Under the pieces are notes generated by a model. That model worked only from the letters and a program-made list of their open reading frames with translations, made no database searches and was not told the origin of the DNA. Both the position numbers and the translations under genes were made by a program. Below are positions 8,922 through 19,350 of a stretch of DNA of 64,000 nucleotides, piece by piece (within the stretch, counting starts at the first letter, position 1; each line of letters begins with the position of its first letter). The stretch lies in assembly GCA_048213135.1 (NCBI GenBank), contig PS015010.1, positions 1,426,001 through 1,490,000 of the forward strand, read 5' to 3'. The DNA is from Reclinomonas americana ATCC 50394. Lineage: Eukaryota.

Positions 8922-11321
8922 ATGAGAAAATTACTCTTGATCCTGCTGACCGGTTTCAGCGGAGCTGCTGTGGCACAGGATGCCATCAGCTACCAGGTGC
9001 CGCCGAAAGCCATATACGACCTGGTGATGGCCAAACCCACACCCAGTGTAAGTTTCGACGATAAAGGCGAATGGATGCTTACCCTCGAACGCAGCAGCAT
9101 GCCTTCGGTGGAGGACCTGGCCCAGCCTGAGTTGCGTATCGCCGGTCTGCGCATCAATCCCAATAATGCAGGGCCGAGCCGCAGCAGTTATTTCACCAAT
9201 ATCATCATCGGCAATGTAAAGACAGGCGCCTCTTTCCCTGTAAGCGGTTTACCCGCCAACCTGAAAGCAGGCAATGTGCAGTGGAGCCCGAACGAGGACA
9301 AGTTCGCTTTTACACAGACCGGCAACAACAGTATTGACCTGTATGTGGCGGACATCAAAACACGCAAGGCGGTAAAGATCAACCGTACACCACTGAACCT
9401 GGTGCTGGGCAGTGCTTACAGTTGGTTCGACAATAATACCCTGATATATAAAGCCATCAGCAAACCCATCAGCATGGCACCGCCAAAACCGCTGGCGCCC
9501 AAAGGCCCAACTGTACAGCAGAACCTGGGTAAAGTGGCGGCCAGTGTTACTTACCAGGACCTTATCAAATCTCCTTACGATGAGCAACTGTTTGAGTTTT
9601 ACGGTACCACGCAAATGATCAGCAACAATAACGGCGTTGAGAAAAAAATCGGCCCTGCCGGTATTTACAACAGTTTTGACGCCTCTCCCGACAACCATTA
9701 TTTCCTGGTGGAAAGGATCGACAAGCCCTTTTCCTATCTCGTTACTGCAGGAGGTTTCAACTCCACCGTGTACATCACCGATGCAACCGGTAAAACCGTA
9801 AAAGAGCTGGCCAAGCTGCCCAGCAGCGAACTGGCGCCCAGCGGTTATGACAATGTGCTGTATGCACCACGTGCCCACAGCTGGCTCGATAATGAGCCGG
9901 CCACTGTTAGCTGGATCATGCCCCTCGACAGCGGGCTGATCAAAAAGAAAGTGGACTATCACGATGCCGCCTACACCCTTTCCGCTCCTTTCACCGGCGC
10001 ACCCAAAGAACTGGTGAAAACCGCTATGCGCATGTATGGCCTCGATGATGTGAGCAGCGATATCTTTTTCATCACCGAAGGATCGAGGGTAAAACATACC
10101 CGGAAAATGAGCAAACTGAACCCTGCTACAGGCGTTATGACAACACTTATCGACAGGAGTACAGACGATGCTTACAATGACCCCGGTACACCCGTTAATG
10201 CAAAGAATAAATTCGGCCGTAATTCCGTAAAACTCATCAATGGCACACAGGTGCTGATGCGGGGCACAGGCGCTTCTCCCAAAGGCGATCTGCCTTTCCT
10301 TACCTCTTTTGACCTGAACAGCAAAGAGACCAAAATGCTCTGGCGCTGCGAAGAGCCTCATTATGAAAGCGTGACCGACGTACTGGACTTCGACAAACTG
10401 GTGGTGATCACCAGCAGGCAAAGCCAGGACGATCCGCCAAACTATTACATCAAAGACCTGAAGAACAATACGGCGAAAATGGTAACCCATTTTACCGACC
10501 CGCAACCCGGCATTCGTGGTATCACCCGCCAGAAGATCACGTACAAACGGAAAGATGGTGTTGATCTGGCTGCAGATCTTTACCTGCCTAAAGGTTACGA
10601 TGCGAAAAGGGATGGTCCGCTTCCCGTGATCATGTGGGCCTACCCCCGTGAGTTCAAGAGTGCTTCCGACGCGGCGCAGATCAGGGGCAGCAAGTACATG
10701 TTCACCCGTGTAGGCTACGGCTCCATTGTTTTCTGGGCAACACAGGGCTATGCCATCATGGACAATACCGAATTCCCCATTGTGGGCGAAGGCGACAAAC
10801 AACCCAACGACAACTTCGTGGACCAGCTTACCTGGAGCGCAGAAGCCGCCATCAATAAGGTAGCTGAAATGGGTGTTGGTGACAGTACCCGTGTAGCTGT
10901 CGGCGGTCACAGTTATGGCGCATTCATGACTGCTAACCTGCTGGCCCATACTAAGCTTTTTAAAGCCGGCATTGCCCGCAGCGGCGCCTATAACAGAACG
11001 CTTACTCCTTTCGGCTTCCAGAACGAGGAACGTACGTACTGGCAGGCCCCGGACCTGTATTTTAAAATGAGCCCGTTCAGCTATGCCAACCAGGTAAAAA
11101 CCCCGCTGCTGATGATCCACGGCGAGGCCGATAATAACCCCGGCACCTTCCCTATCCAGAGCGAACGCCTTTTCAACGCGATCAAAGGACACGGCGGCAC
11201 GGTAAGGCTGGTACAACTGCCTTATGAAAGTCATGGCTACGCTGCTAAAGAGAACATACTCCATATGTTGTGGGAACAGGACCAATGGCTGGAAAAATAT
11301 GTGAAAAAGAATGGAAAATGA
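8922..11321 (+). CDS. Secreted S9 (prolyl oligopeptidase family) serine peptidase
   Basis: Signal peptide MRKLLLILL...AVA; GGHSYGA nucleophile, HGEADNN (Asp), ESHGY (His); TACATTTG -7 box at 8888-8895. Confidence 0.93.
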   Translation: MRKLLLILLTGFSGAAVAQDAISYQVPPKAIYDLVMAKPTPSVSFDDKGEWMLTLERSSMPSVEDLAQPELRIAGLRINPNNAGPSRSSYFTNIIIGNVKTGASFPVSGLPANLKAGNVQWSPNEDKFAFTQTGNNSIDLYVADIKTRKAVKINRTPLNLVLGSAYSWFDNNTLIYKAISKPISMAPPKPLAPKGPTVQQNLGKVAASVTYQDLIKSPYDEQLFEFYGTTQMISNNNGVEKKIGPAGIYNSFDASPDNHYFLVERIDKPFSYLVTAGGFNSTVYITDATGKTVKELAKLPSSELAPSGYDNVLYAPRAHSWLDNEPATVSWIMPLDSGLIKKKVDYHDAAYTLSAPFTGAPKELVKTAMRMYGLDDVSSDIFFITEGSRVKHTRKMSKLNPATGVMTTLIDRSTDDAYNDPGTPVNAKNKFGRNSVKLINGTQVLMRGTGASPKGDLPFLTSFDLNSKETKMLWRCEEPHYESVTDVLDFDKLVVITSRQSQDDPPNYYIKDLKNNTAKMVTHFTDPQPGIRGITRQKITYKRKDGVDLAADLYLPKGYDAKRDGPLPVIMWAYPREFKSASDAAQIRGSKYMFTRVGYGSIVFWATQGYAIMDNTEFPIVGEGDKQPNDNFVDQLTWSAEAAINKVAEMGVGDSTRVAVGGHSYGAFMTANLLAHTKLFKAGIARSGAYNRTLTPFGFQNEERTYWQAPDLYFKMSPFSYANQVKTPLLMIHGEADNNPGTFPIQSERLFNAIKGHGGTVRLVQLPYESHGYAAKENILHMLWEQDQWLEKYVKKNGK

Positions 11322-11494
11322 AGTAATGAAGGAGGGAAAGAAGGAAGGAATTAAAGAATGGAAAGCATGATCCAATTTTTAATTTTGAATTTTTACTTTT
11401 GAATTCCCCCGTCATTAGCTGTTTTTTAACAAACCCGCGTACCCCATACCTTTGAAGTGGCACAGAATTTTCTTTTCTTGCGGAAAAAAAGCAC

Positions 11495-11893
11495 TTGAAA
11501 AGAATTCTATTCATTGTGGGTTTGGTATCAGCACTGGGAACAAAGGCCCAGGATATACAGAGTATTCATGTGAACCTGTATACCGACAGCCTGAAAAAAG
11601 GGACGTTCAACTATATTAATGTTGACGGGCAGTTGTCCAATGGCCGTTATCTTCCGCTCGACAGCACGCAGTTGCGTTTCAGTTGTTCAGCTGGCAGGTT
11701 TGAAGGCAATAACCTGTGGATAGACAAGGACATTAAAGAAGACAAAGTGAACATTAAAGTAGTGCTGAAAAAGAACCCTGCCCTTGCAAAAGAATTCGTG
11801 ATACATGTGAAACAACTGCCCGATCCGCAGTTAAAGACGATGGATGAGATCATGAACAGTGAGAGTTCGAAGAAGAACAAGAAAGGGAATTGA
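11495..11893 (+). CDS. Hypothetical secreted protein
   Basis: 132 aa, TTG start, signal peptide ending TKA-Q, followed by a terminator. Confidence 0.75.
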   Translation: MKRILFIVGLVSALGTKAQDIQSIHVNLYTDSLKKGTFNYINVDGQLSNGRYLPLDSTQLRFSCSAGRFEGNNLWIDKDIKEDKVNIKVVLKKNPALAKEFVIHVKQLPDPQLKTMDEIMNSESSKKNKKGN

Positions 11894-11928
11894 TAATTAC
11901 GAATTAGGAATTACGAATGTTTTATAAC

Positions 11929-11962
11929 AAGAAGAGGTTTCCCGCAAAGGAAACCTCTTCTT
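11929..11962. terminator. Intrinsic terminator between convergent genes
   Basis: AAGAAGAGGTTTCC-CGCAAA-GGAAACCTCTTCTT, a perfect 14-bp stem. Confidence 0.85.
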
Positions 11963-11992
11963 TATTTATTAAGATTCGTTGTATATAAATTA

Positions 11993-12646
11993 TTAAGAAA
12001 ACTTTTTGGCATCTTCCAGGAACTGCGCCAGGCCGATGTCGGTCAGCGGGTGTTTGAGCAGCCCAAGTATAGAAGTGAGCGGACAGGTACAAACGTCGGC
12101 ACCGGCCTCAGCACATTTGATGATGTGATTGGGATTGCGGATAGAAGCGGCGAGTATTTCCGTTTTGTAACCCTGTATGGAAAATATCTGGCGGATCTGG
12201 TGAATGAGGTCCATGCCGTCCCAGCCGCTGTCGTCGATCCTGCCAATGAAAGGAGAAACATAGCTAGCGCCTGCTTTAGCAGCAAGGATAGCCTGCCCGG
12301 CTGAGAATACCAGTGTACAGTTGGTACGGATACCATTATCGGTAAACCATTTGATGGCTTTGATGCCTTCTTTGATCATCGGTACTTTCACCACGATATT
12401 GGGGTGAATGGCGGCGAGTTTTTTACCTTCCGCGATAATGCCATCAAAATCGGTTGACACTACTTCAGCGCTGATGTCGCCATCAACAATTTCACAGATG
12501 GTTTTATAGTGTGCCATCACGGCCGCTTCTCCTTTGATGCCTTCTTTAGCCATCAGGGAAGGGTTGGTGGTTACGCCGTCAAGAATACCCAGGTCGTTGG
12601 CTTCGCGGATCTGGTCGAGATTGGCGGTATCGATGAAGAATTTCAT
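11993..12646 (-). CDS. fsa: Transaldolase / fructose-6-phosphate aldolase (TalC/Fsa family)
   Basis: FFIDTAN, GVTTNPSL, VVKVP (Schiff-base Lys), NCTLVFS, YVSPFIGR, LAASIR. Confidence 0.95.
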   Translation of the reverse strand: MKFFIDTANLDQIREANDLGILDGVTTNPSLMAKEGIKGEAAVMAHYKTICEIVDGDISAEVVSTDFDGIIAEGKKLAAIHPNIVVKVPMIKEGIKAIKWFTDNGIRTNCTLVFSAGQAILAAKAGASYVSPFIGRIDDSGWDGMDLIHQIRQIFSIQGYKTEILAASIRNPNHIIKCAEAGADVCTCPLTSILGLLKHPLTDIGLAQFLEDAKKFS

Positions 12647-12690
12647 TGTATGTAATATTTAAGATTGAATATTTACTATTTATTTCAGGC

Positions 12691-13035
12691 TCAATTGTGC
12701 CGTTTTCCTGGCGCGGCTAAAATACTGGCCAGTTCCTTCGCTTCCTGAATCAGGACTTCCAGCCTGGTAAGCGGTAAAAGGCTCAGTTCAAGAATAATCT
12801 CGACCCAGAACAACGACTCATCCGACTCTTCAAAGGCTATACTTAACTTGGAAACAAAAGCTTTTTTACTGATTGCTTTACATGCAGCCCTGTAATTCGC
12901 TGCTGCTGAAAATGAGGATCGCAAAAGCTGATCTTCAATAATTTTCGACATTCTTCCGGCAGGTAACGCCGCACACATGGAAACAATCCTGATCGCAAAA
13001 TCACGCAAGCGCCCCTCCATTTCCTTCGCATCCAT
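12691..13035 (-). CDS. Four-helix-bundle (IVP/S23-like) protein, possibly frameshifted in the last helix
   Basis: QLLRSSFSAAANYRAAC...FVSKLSIAFEESDESLFW...EAKELASIL. Confidence 0.88.
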   Translation of the reverse strand: MDAKEMEGRLRDFAIRIVSMCAALPAGRMSKIIEDQLLRSSFSAAANYRAACKAISKKAFVSKLSIAFEESDESLFWVEIILELSLLPLTRLEVLIQEAKELASILAAPGKRHN

Positions 13036-13095
13036 CTATCCTCATTTTACTGTTCCTCAATATTCAATATTACCTCGAAAATAGGAAATAAAAAA

Positions 13096-13190
13096 TGGCA
13101 AGTTACTTACATCGCACCGCTCAACCACCTACCCTTGCTACCTTCCGGTCCTGGGGGAGTTCAGCAGGAGCTGGTCGTATAAGACTTGCC
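13096..13190 (-). ncRNA. ffs: Signal recognition particle (4.5S) RNA
   Basis: Minus strand GGCAAGU...CAGGACCGGAAGGUAGCAA...ACUUGCCA: helix-8 GGAA tetraloop motif, complementary ends, TATCTTTG box 4 nt upstream. Confidence 0.93.
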
Positions 13191-13245
13191 GGTGCAAAGA
13201 TAAGGAAATACTGTTTATCAACACGAATTACCCGTTACAAATTTA

Positions 13246-14526
13246 TCAGAAACTGATACCGGGCCTGTCGTCGGTACGGGAATTGATGGAACCTACGCCA
13301 ATCAGCCTGTCGGCCCTGTCGGTGAAGGATTTATAGTACATCAGTATGGTATAATTATTCTCGGTTTCCCAGTAATTGCCTTCCAGGTCGGTGCGGTTGT
13401 CGGGGTTATTCCTGTCCACCGCCACATAAGTATAGTTGTAATACCCCTGTTTCAGGTAGACGGTACACTCATACACCCCTTTTTCGGCATTGAACTTCAT
13501 CCTGGTTTTGTCGTTGAATTCATAGCCGGTGAGCTGCCCGTTAAGGTAGATGTCTTTATTCGGATACTCCTTACCGTTAGACCCGGCCAGGCTGAAGTAC
13601 ACTGTTGCATAATCTCCCTGCGAATACGGGTTGATGGTTTCGTAAGTCTCCACCATGTACATGCCGTTATAATCCTTGAAATATACATACCGCTGGGCGC
13701 TGAGGTCGCGGTCGGTACGCAGGTAAATATCCGTAGATGCTTTATTATACCGGGCGCTGTCTACCTTATCGCTCTGCAAACGGAAACTCCGCAGGTCAAG
13801 CCACCGCCATTCCTTGCCTCCCGGAAATATGGCGCTGTTCTCGCTGCTGTAGTCGAGCAGGTTACCGCGAACGAAAGCGGGTACAATATCACGCTGGCTG
13901 TTGTCCCAGCGGTTATTCTGCAGGATCACCACTTTAACCTGCTGTGCCGCGCTGAAAGAATTGATACCGGTGATATTGGCGGTGAACGCGATCTTCTGGT
14001 GTGTACGTGCCACCTGCGGTGAGAAAGGCTGCAGCACCTGTGCTTTAATGGCCGCCCGGGGTTCCAGCACCAGCAACCGGCGGGTGAACACCAGTTTGGA
14101 AGTATCGCCATCGAGGTACACTTTAAGGAGGTAATTGCCGGACATGGTAAGCGTGGTACCGCGGTCGGGCAGTATGGCCGAGTAATGTGTGTAACGGGTG
14201 AGCGCAATGGATGAATACCGGTAAGTGCTCACGCGTGTCTGCGTAAAACCCTTGGTATACAGGAATGGGCTCAGGTCAAGCGGTTTCCAGTCATAGTCGC
14301 ATAACTGTAAACAATAATAATAGCTCTTCAGATCGGCATCCATGTCATCAAAATGCAGTTCAACCTGGTCGCCGCTATTCATATTATACACGGGTAGCGA
14401 CAATTGGTTGCCATACATGTGGAACCTCACCGATTGTATATTGGATTTATACACCCAGTCGGGCAACTGCGCTTTTGTGATATGGGGCAGGCAGAACAGG
14501 CAGAGGCACAATAACAGGCGGGTCAT
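13246..14526 (-). CDS. DUF5103 / type IX secretion system plug-domain protein
   Basis: Signal peptide MTRLLLCLCL...TKA; LHFDD, SGNYLL, QNNRWD, GGKEWRWLDLR, LKQGYYNY, EGNYWETENNY; start moved from 14742. Confidence 0.8.
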   Translation of the reverse strand: MTRLLLCLCLFCLPHITKAQLPDWVYKSNIQSVRFHMYGNQLSLPVYNMNSGDQVELHFDDMDADLKSYYYCLQLCDYDWKPLDLSPFLYTKGFTQTRVSTYRYSSIALTRYTHYSAILPDRGTTLTMSGNYLLKVYLDGDTSKLVFTRRLLVLEPRAAIKAQVLQPFSPQVARTHQKIAFTANITGINSFSAAQQVKVVILQNNRWDNSQRDIVPAFVRGNLLDYSSENSAIFPGGKEWRWLDLRSFRLQSDKVDSARYNKASTDIYLRTDRDLSAQRYVYFKDYNGMYMVETYETINPYSQGDYATVYFSLAGSNGKEYPNKDIYLNGQLTGYEFNDKTRMKFNAEKGVYECTVYLKQGYYNYTYVAVDRNNPDNRTDLEGNYWETENNYTILMYYKSFTDRADRLIGVGSINSRTDDRPGISF

Positions 14527-14617
14527 CTTTTTCACAGGCACCGGTTGAAAATGTAATAGCTTATCGTTAATCATTACGTCTAAATAAAATACATTTGTAA
14601 GATACAAAAATATACCG

Positions 14618-15940
14618 TTGAACGTATCTGTCTTCATAGCCCGCCGTATTGCATTCAACCGGCAAAAGACGTTTTCCAGGTTCATCATTGGCCTTGCCAT
14701 CGGCGCTACCACCATCAGCGTGGCCGTTATGATCGTGGCCATGAGTTTCGTGAACGGCTTTCAGCAGGTGATCAGCAATAAGGTTTTCAGCTTTTGGGGG
14801 CATATACGGGTACAGCAGGATATAGAGAACAAGGCCAGCATTGCCGAAGAATATCCCATCATCCGCAACGACAGTATTGAGCAGTACCTTTCCTCTTTAC
14901 CCGGTGTACGCAGCGTGGAGCGGTTTGCCACCAAGTCGGCCATCATCAAATATGGCGATGCCATCGAAAGCGTGCTCATGAAGGGCATCGATTCCTCTTT
15001 CCATTTTGAACGGTTACAGCCTTTCCTGAAAGAAGGCAAATGGCTATCCTTCAAAGACAGTGGTTACAGCTATGAGATCAATATATCCACCTATACCGCA
15101 AGTCAGTTGCAACTGAAGCTCAGCGATAGCGTGCTGGTGTTCTTTTTCCGTAAAGACGGCATCCGAACGGCACGCAAACTCAGGATCAGCGGCATTTTCA
15201 AAACGGCCATTGAAGAGTATGATAAGAATTTCGCCCTGTGTGATATCAACCTTATCCGGCGGCTCAACAACTGGCAGGGCGGCCAGATCGGTGGCTATGA
15301 AGTGTTCCTGAATGATTACCGCAAAACAACCGAATACAATACCCGTATCGACGATGCGCTGAATGATATGTGGTACCGCTCTACCAAGATCAGCGGTCCG
15401 CCTGCAACGGAGCCGGGGGCTGACCCATCGGAGACCGATCCGGCAGACAGTAAAAATTACCGCTGGTACAGCAAATCCATCAAAGAAATCTATCCCAATA
15501 TATTCGACTGGCTCAACCTGCAGGGGAAGATCAAGAATATCCTCATCGGCATCATACTCGTGGTGGCCATTGTAAACCTGATCACCTGCCTGATCATCCT
15601 GGTGCTGGAAAGAACAAGGATGACGGGTATTCTTAAAGCGGTTGGCGCTTCCGACTGGACGGTGCAAAAGATATTCCTTTACAATACTTCTTTTATCGCG
15701 TTGACAGGTATCATCGCCGGCGCCCTGCTTGGACTGGGCATTTGCTGGCTGCAGGAGCGAACGGGATTCATTAAACTGGATGAAGATGCCTATTATATGG
15801 CGCAGGCCCATGCCGATGTGGTGTGGTGGCAGGTACTGCTGATCTGCGGCGGAACTTTTGCCGTAGCCCTTGCCACGCTTATCATTCCTACATTACTGAT
15901 CAGGAAGGTAAAACCGGTGAAAGCAATTCAATTCAGGTAG
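14618..15940 (+). CDS. ABC transporter permease, LolC/LolE (FtsX-like) family
   Basis: FIARRI, N-terminal TM, periplasmic domain, [14 protein letters not shown], three C-terminal TMs, VKPVKAIQF. Confidence 0.9.
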   Translation: MNVSVFIARRIAFNRQKTFSRFIIGLAIGATTISVAVMIVAMSFVNGFQQVISNKVFSFWGHIRVQQDIENKASIAEEYPIIRNDSIEQYLSSLPGVRSVERFATKSAIIKYGDAIESVLMKGIDSSFHFERLQPFLKEGKWLSFKDSGYSYEINISTYTASQLQLKLSDSVLVFFFRKDGIRTARKLRISGIFKTAIEEYDKNFALCDINLIRRLNNWQGGQIGGYEVFLNDYRKTTEYNTRIDDALNDMWYRSTKISGPPATEPGADPSETDPADSKNYRWYSKSIKEIYPNIFDWLNLQGKIKNILIGIILVVAIVNLITCLIILVLERTRMTGILKAVGASDWTVQKIFLYNTSFIALTGIIAGALLGLGICWLQERTGFIKLDEDAYYMAQAHADVVWWQVLLICGGTFAVALATLIIPTLLIRKVKPVKAIQFR

Positions 15941-16019
15941 CCAATTTGAAAATTTGATGATTTGAAAATTTGCTAATGAAAGTTCCCTGCGGGGTGAAGG
16001 CTATCGCATCGTATGATAT

Positions 16020-16766
16020 TCAAATTTTCAAATTAGATATAATGATGGCCGCCGCCACTGCCGCATTCAGCGATTCGGCCTGGCCTGTACGGGGGATGCT
16101 GATCTTTTTATGACTGCACTGCAATACCGCTTCACTGATACCACGCCCCTCATTGCCAATGATGATAAAACCTTCTTTTATTTTTTCAATCCCGGAGATA
16201 CTTTCCCCGTCCATAGCCGTGGCATAAGCCGTAATATCGCGATGTCTTGTGAGAAAGATCACCAGGTCCGTATAGATGACATGCACCCTGCCCAGGCTGC
16301 CCATGGTACCCTGTACCACCTTGGAATTATAACAGTCTGCCGAATCCGTTGAACAGATGATATGACTGATGCCAAACCAGTCGGCAATGCGGATAAGGGT
16401 GCCCATATTACCCGGGTCCTGGATGGTGTCGAGCACAAGCGTTATTTTGCCTGACGGATCAAAAGCCCCGTCCTCCCCCGCCTGTTCAAAAACAGCCAGC
16501 ACCTGGTGGGCGTGGGTCAGTGCCGATAACTTCTGCAGTTCATGTTCCTTCACTTCTGTTATAGCAGTACCGGTATGCGATGCGGCAAGGGTTGTATTTT
16601 CGTCTATCCATTCCGGTAAGGAAAAGATCTCCCTGCATTTGAAGTTACCGTCACGCAGCAGGTCGGCTACCAGCTTCGGGCCTTCGGCAATAAAAAGCCC
16701 CGATTCATCCCTGAATTTTTTGTGCTGTAAACTTTGAATATATTTGGTATGTGATTTGCTAAGCAT
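16020..16766 (-). CDS. TrmH/SpoU family RNA methyltransferase
   Basis: FIAEGPK, IQDPGNMGTLIRIADWFG, IGNEGRG, ESLNAAVA; start MLSKSH. Confidence 0.95.
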   Translation of the reverse strand: MLSKSHTKYIQSLQHKKFRDESGLFIAEGPKLVADLLRDGNFKCREIFSLPEWIDENTTLAASHTGTAITEVKEHELQKLSALTHAHQVLAVFEQAGEDGAFDPSGKITLVLDTIQDPGNMGTLIRIADWFGISHIICSTDSADCYNSKVVQGTMGSLGRVHVIYTDLVIFLTRHRDITAYATAMDGESISGIEKIKEGFIIIGNEGRGISEAVLQCSHKKISIPRTGQAESLNAAVAAAIIISNLKI

Positions 16767-16779
16767 TTCGCACTGTATT

Positions 16780-19263
16780 ATGTTACGACAACCGTTCCGC
16801 AATATATCAAAAAACCAATTGCCGGGCCTCCTGTTGGTTTGTTGCGTCCTCGTATACGGTTGTAAGATCACTTCGGTAAGGAAGCCACCGGCCGACAAAC
16901 CCTTTCTTTTCAAGAACAGCATCACCCTTAACGGGGGTAAGTTTACCAAGGATGAACGGACTACGGTAAAGCAACGGCTTAACGGCCAGTTGGATGACAG
17001 TTCAAAGATCAGGGTAAAGGAGAAATTCCTTTTCCTGCGCTATATCGTCAACCCGCCGGTGTATGATACAGCCGCTTCGGCCCGATCGGCCCGCAATATG
17101 GAAACCTCCATGCTGCATATAGGCTATTACAAATCGAAAGCCGCTTTTACCGACGACACCAATAAAGTGGGCAGGCAACGGCGGGTAGATGTAAAATATA
17201 CCGTAGAAGCCGGCAAGCCCACGCTGATCGATACCGTTCAGTACATCATGCGCAAACCCGATCTGCAGGAACTGGCCTTACAGAACAAGAACAAAACGCT
17301 GCTGGTGGAAGGTAACCCGGTGACCAAGGCAGCCGTACTCGGTGAAATTGGCCGTATGGTGGATGTGTACCGCAATAACGGGTATTATAAATTTACTTCT
17401 GAAGAACTGCGGGTAAGGGGCGATACCACTGTGGCAGCGCTGACCACCATTACCGACGATATCTTTGAACAACTCCGCCTCCTTGCCGAAGCACAGGCTG
17501 CGAGGGACTCTCCCACTATTAAGCTGGCCGTGATACTGAATCCGCCGACAGACAGTTCCAAACTGCGGAAATATTATATCAATGAGATCTACGTCCTCCC
17601 CGACTTTCTGCCGGGCGATAACTTACGTGATACCGCGGGGATGATCATAAGGCCCCTGCGCCGGAAAGTTGATCCCAAATGCAAATCCGGTTGCCGCTAT
17701 GATACGCTGGCCTGGGTTCACTATCATAAAAAACTGTTCCGCCATGGCTTCCTTTCCCGCAGCCTGGTAGTAAAACGCGGTGACCACTACAAGCAGGATG
17801 ATTTTTACAATACCATCAGCAATTATTCCAAAACCGGCGTATGGCAGAGTGTGAATATACAGGTGATTGAACGCAAAGGCGACAGCAACAAGATTGACCT
17901 GGTGGTACAACTGATCCCCGGTAAACAATTTGGTTTTGAAGCCGCGGTGGAAGCCAGTTATTCGGCCAACAGCAATACCAATAACGTAACGGCAGTCAAC
18001 TCGGGTAACCTGCTCGGCTTGTCGGGCAACGTGTCGCTGCTGAACCGCAATTTTGGTAAGGAAGCTATAAGAATGACCAACTCGGTACGTGCCGGTGTGG
18101 AATTCAATTTCCGGTCAGACAGCAGCAGTAAAAAGAACCTCATTAATTCCAACGAACTGAGTTATTCCAACAGTATTGTATTTCCGAGATTCATTTTCCC
18201 GTTCAAATCACTGAACCGTGATAAACGTTTTAAATCAACCGAATCCTTCATCAATACCAACCTGTCGTATATCAACCGTATCAACCTTTTCAGTCTGCAG
18301 TCTGTGAACCTGGCTGTGGGTTACAACTGGAATTCGAAGAACGACCGGGTGTGGACGTACAAACCGTTGAATATTGAGTTTGCCCGCCTGTATAATGAGA
18401 CCGACAGTTTTAAACGTACACTGGACCAGAACCCTTTCCTCCGGTATTCTTTCAATACTGCACTGGTAATGGGTTCCAGCCTGGGTTACCGTTCAGCCAA
18501 GGTAAGCCCGCGCCACCCCAACTGGCAGCGCAGCTTTCGATTTAACATAGAAGAATCGGGGCTTATCTGGGGAAGACTGAATATATTCAATAAGTACCTG
18601 CGCCAGTTTGTAAGAACCGATGCGGAATATATCTTCACCATCACACAACCCAAGTCAGCCATTGTATTCAGGTTGTTCGGCGGTGTGGGTGTACCTTTTA
18701 AAAGAGATACCACCCTGCCGTTCTTCAAGCAGTATTTTGGCGGGGGAAGCAACAGTATGCGGGGCTGGCCGGTAAGGGGCATCGGTCGTGGATCGCAGCC
18801 GTTGGCACCATACAACGGCAACCGGTTCAACGACCGTACAGGGGACATACAACTGGAAGCCAACCTGGAATACCGGTATAATATCGCACAGATCATTCCC
18901 AATTCACTTGTACTTAAAGGAGCCCTGTTCATTGATGCGGGCAACGTATGGAACCTGCGCAACTCCAAACCCGACGGCAGTACAGACAGCGCTCAATTCA
19001 ACATCAAAAATCTTTACCGCGACCTGGGTATATCGGCAGGCACAGGTTTCCGTCTCGACTTCAACTATTTTGTCCTCCGCTTCGACCTGGGCTTCCGTTT
19101 CAAACGGCCCGAACTGGCTTATATCAATAATGGCTGGAAAGCACCACCAATCGGCTTCAACGACTTTTTCCAGAAGTTATTCGCCCGTGGCACCAATGAT
19201 GAGTACAGGAAATGGCGGTATGAAAATTTCAACTTTACGATCGGGATAAGTTACCCTTTTTAA
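16780..19263 (+). CDS. tamL: BamA/TamA-family outer membrane protein (TamL-like lipoprotein)
   Basis: Lipobox-like VYGC, POTRA-like region, YFGGGSNSMRGW, FIDAGNVW, C-terminal ISYPF. Confidence 0.85.
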   Translation: MLRQPFRNISKNQLPGLLLVCCVLVYGCKITSVRKPPADKPFLFKNSITLNGGKFTKDERTTVKQRLNGQLDDSSKIRVKEKFLFLRYIVNPPVYDTAASARSARNMETSMLHIGYYKSKAAFTDDTNKVGRQRRVDVKYTVEAGKPTLIDTVQYIMRKPDLQELALQNKNKTLLVEGNPVTKAAVLGEIGRMVDVYRNNGYYKFTSEELRVRGDTTVAALTTITDDIFEQLRLLAEAQAARDSPTIKLAVILNPPTDSSKLRKYYINEIYVLPDFLPGDNLRDTAGMIIRPLRRKVDPKCKSGCRYDTLAWVHYHKKLFRHGFLSRSLVVKRGDHYKQDDFYNTISNYSKTGVWQSVNIQVIERKGDSNKIDLVVQLIPGKQFGFEAAVEASYSANSNTNNVTAVNSGNLLGLSGNVSLLNRNFGKEAIRMTNSVRAGVEFNFRSDSSSKKNLINSNELSYSNSIVFPRFIFPFKSLNRDKRFKSTESFINTNLSYINRINLFSLQSVNLAVGYNWNSKNDRVWTYKPLNIEFARLYNETDSFKRTLDQNPFLRYSFNTALVMGSSLGYRSAKVSPRHPNWQRSFRFNIEESGLIWGRLNIFNKYLRQFVRTDAEYIFTITQPKSAIVFRLFGGVGVPFKRDTTLPFFKQYFGGGSNSMRGWPVRGIGRGSQPLAPYNGNRFNDRTGDIQLEANLEYRYNIAQIIPNSLVLKGALFIDAGNVWNLRNSKPDGSTDSAQFNIKNLYRDLGISAGTGFRLDFNYFVLRFDLGFRFKRPELAYINNGWKAPPIGFNDFFQKLFARGTNDEYRKWRYENFNFTIGISYPF

Positions 19264-19350
19264 ATTTACGATTTACCATTAGCCTATTGAGTTAGCGTAT
19301 CAACAGCATGCTAATCCGTCATCTGCCGTGCATCAAAATGGTAAACATAT

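Noticed and set aside
9249-11375. 708-aa antisense ORF
   Set aside because: Lies wholly opposite the S9 peptidase with no recognisable motifs; a codon-bias shadow
14527-14742. Long N-terminal extensions in the ORF track (also 7652-7705, 16767-16949, 27103-27243, 46384-46491, 50290-50532, 59187-59348)
   Set aside because: They overlap neighbouring genes or regulatory elements; downstream ATGs give proper signal peptides or family N-termini
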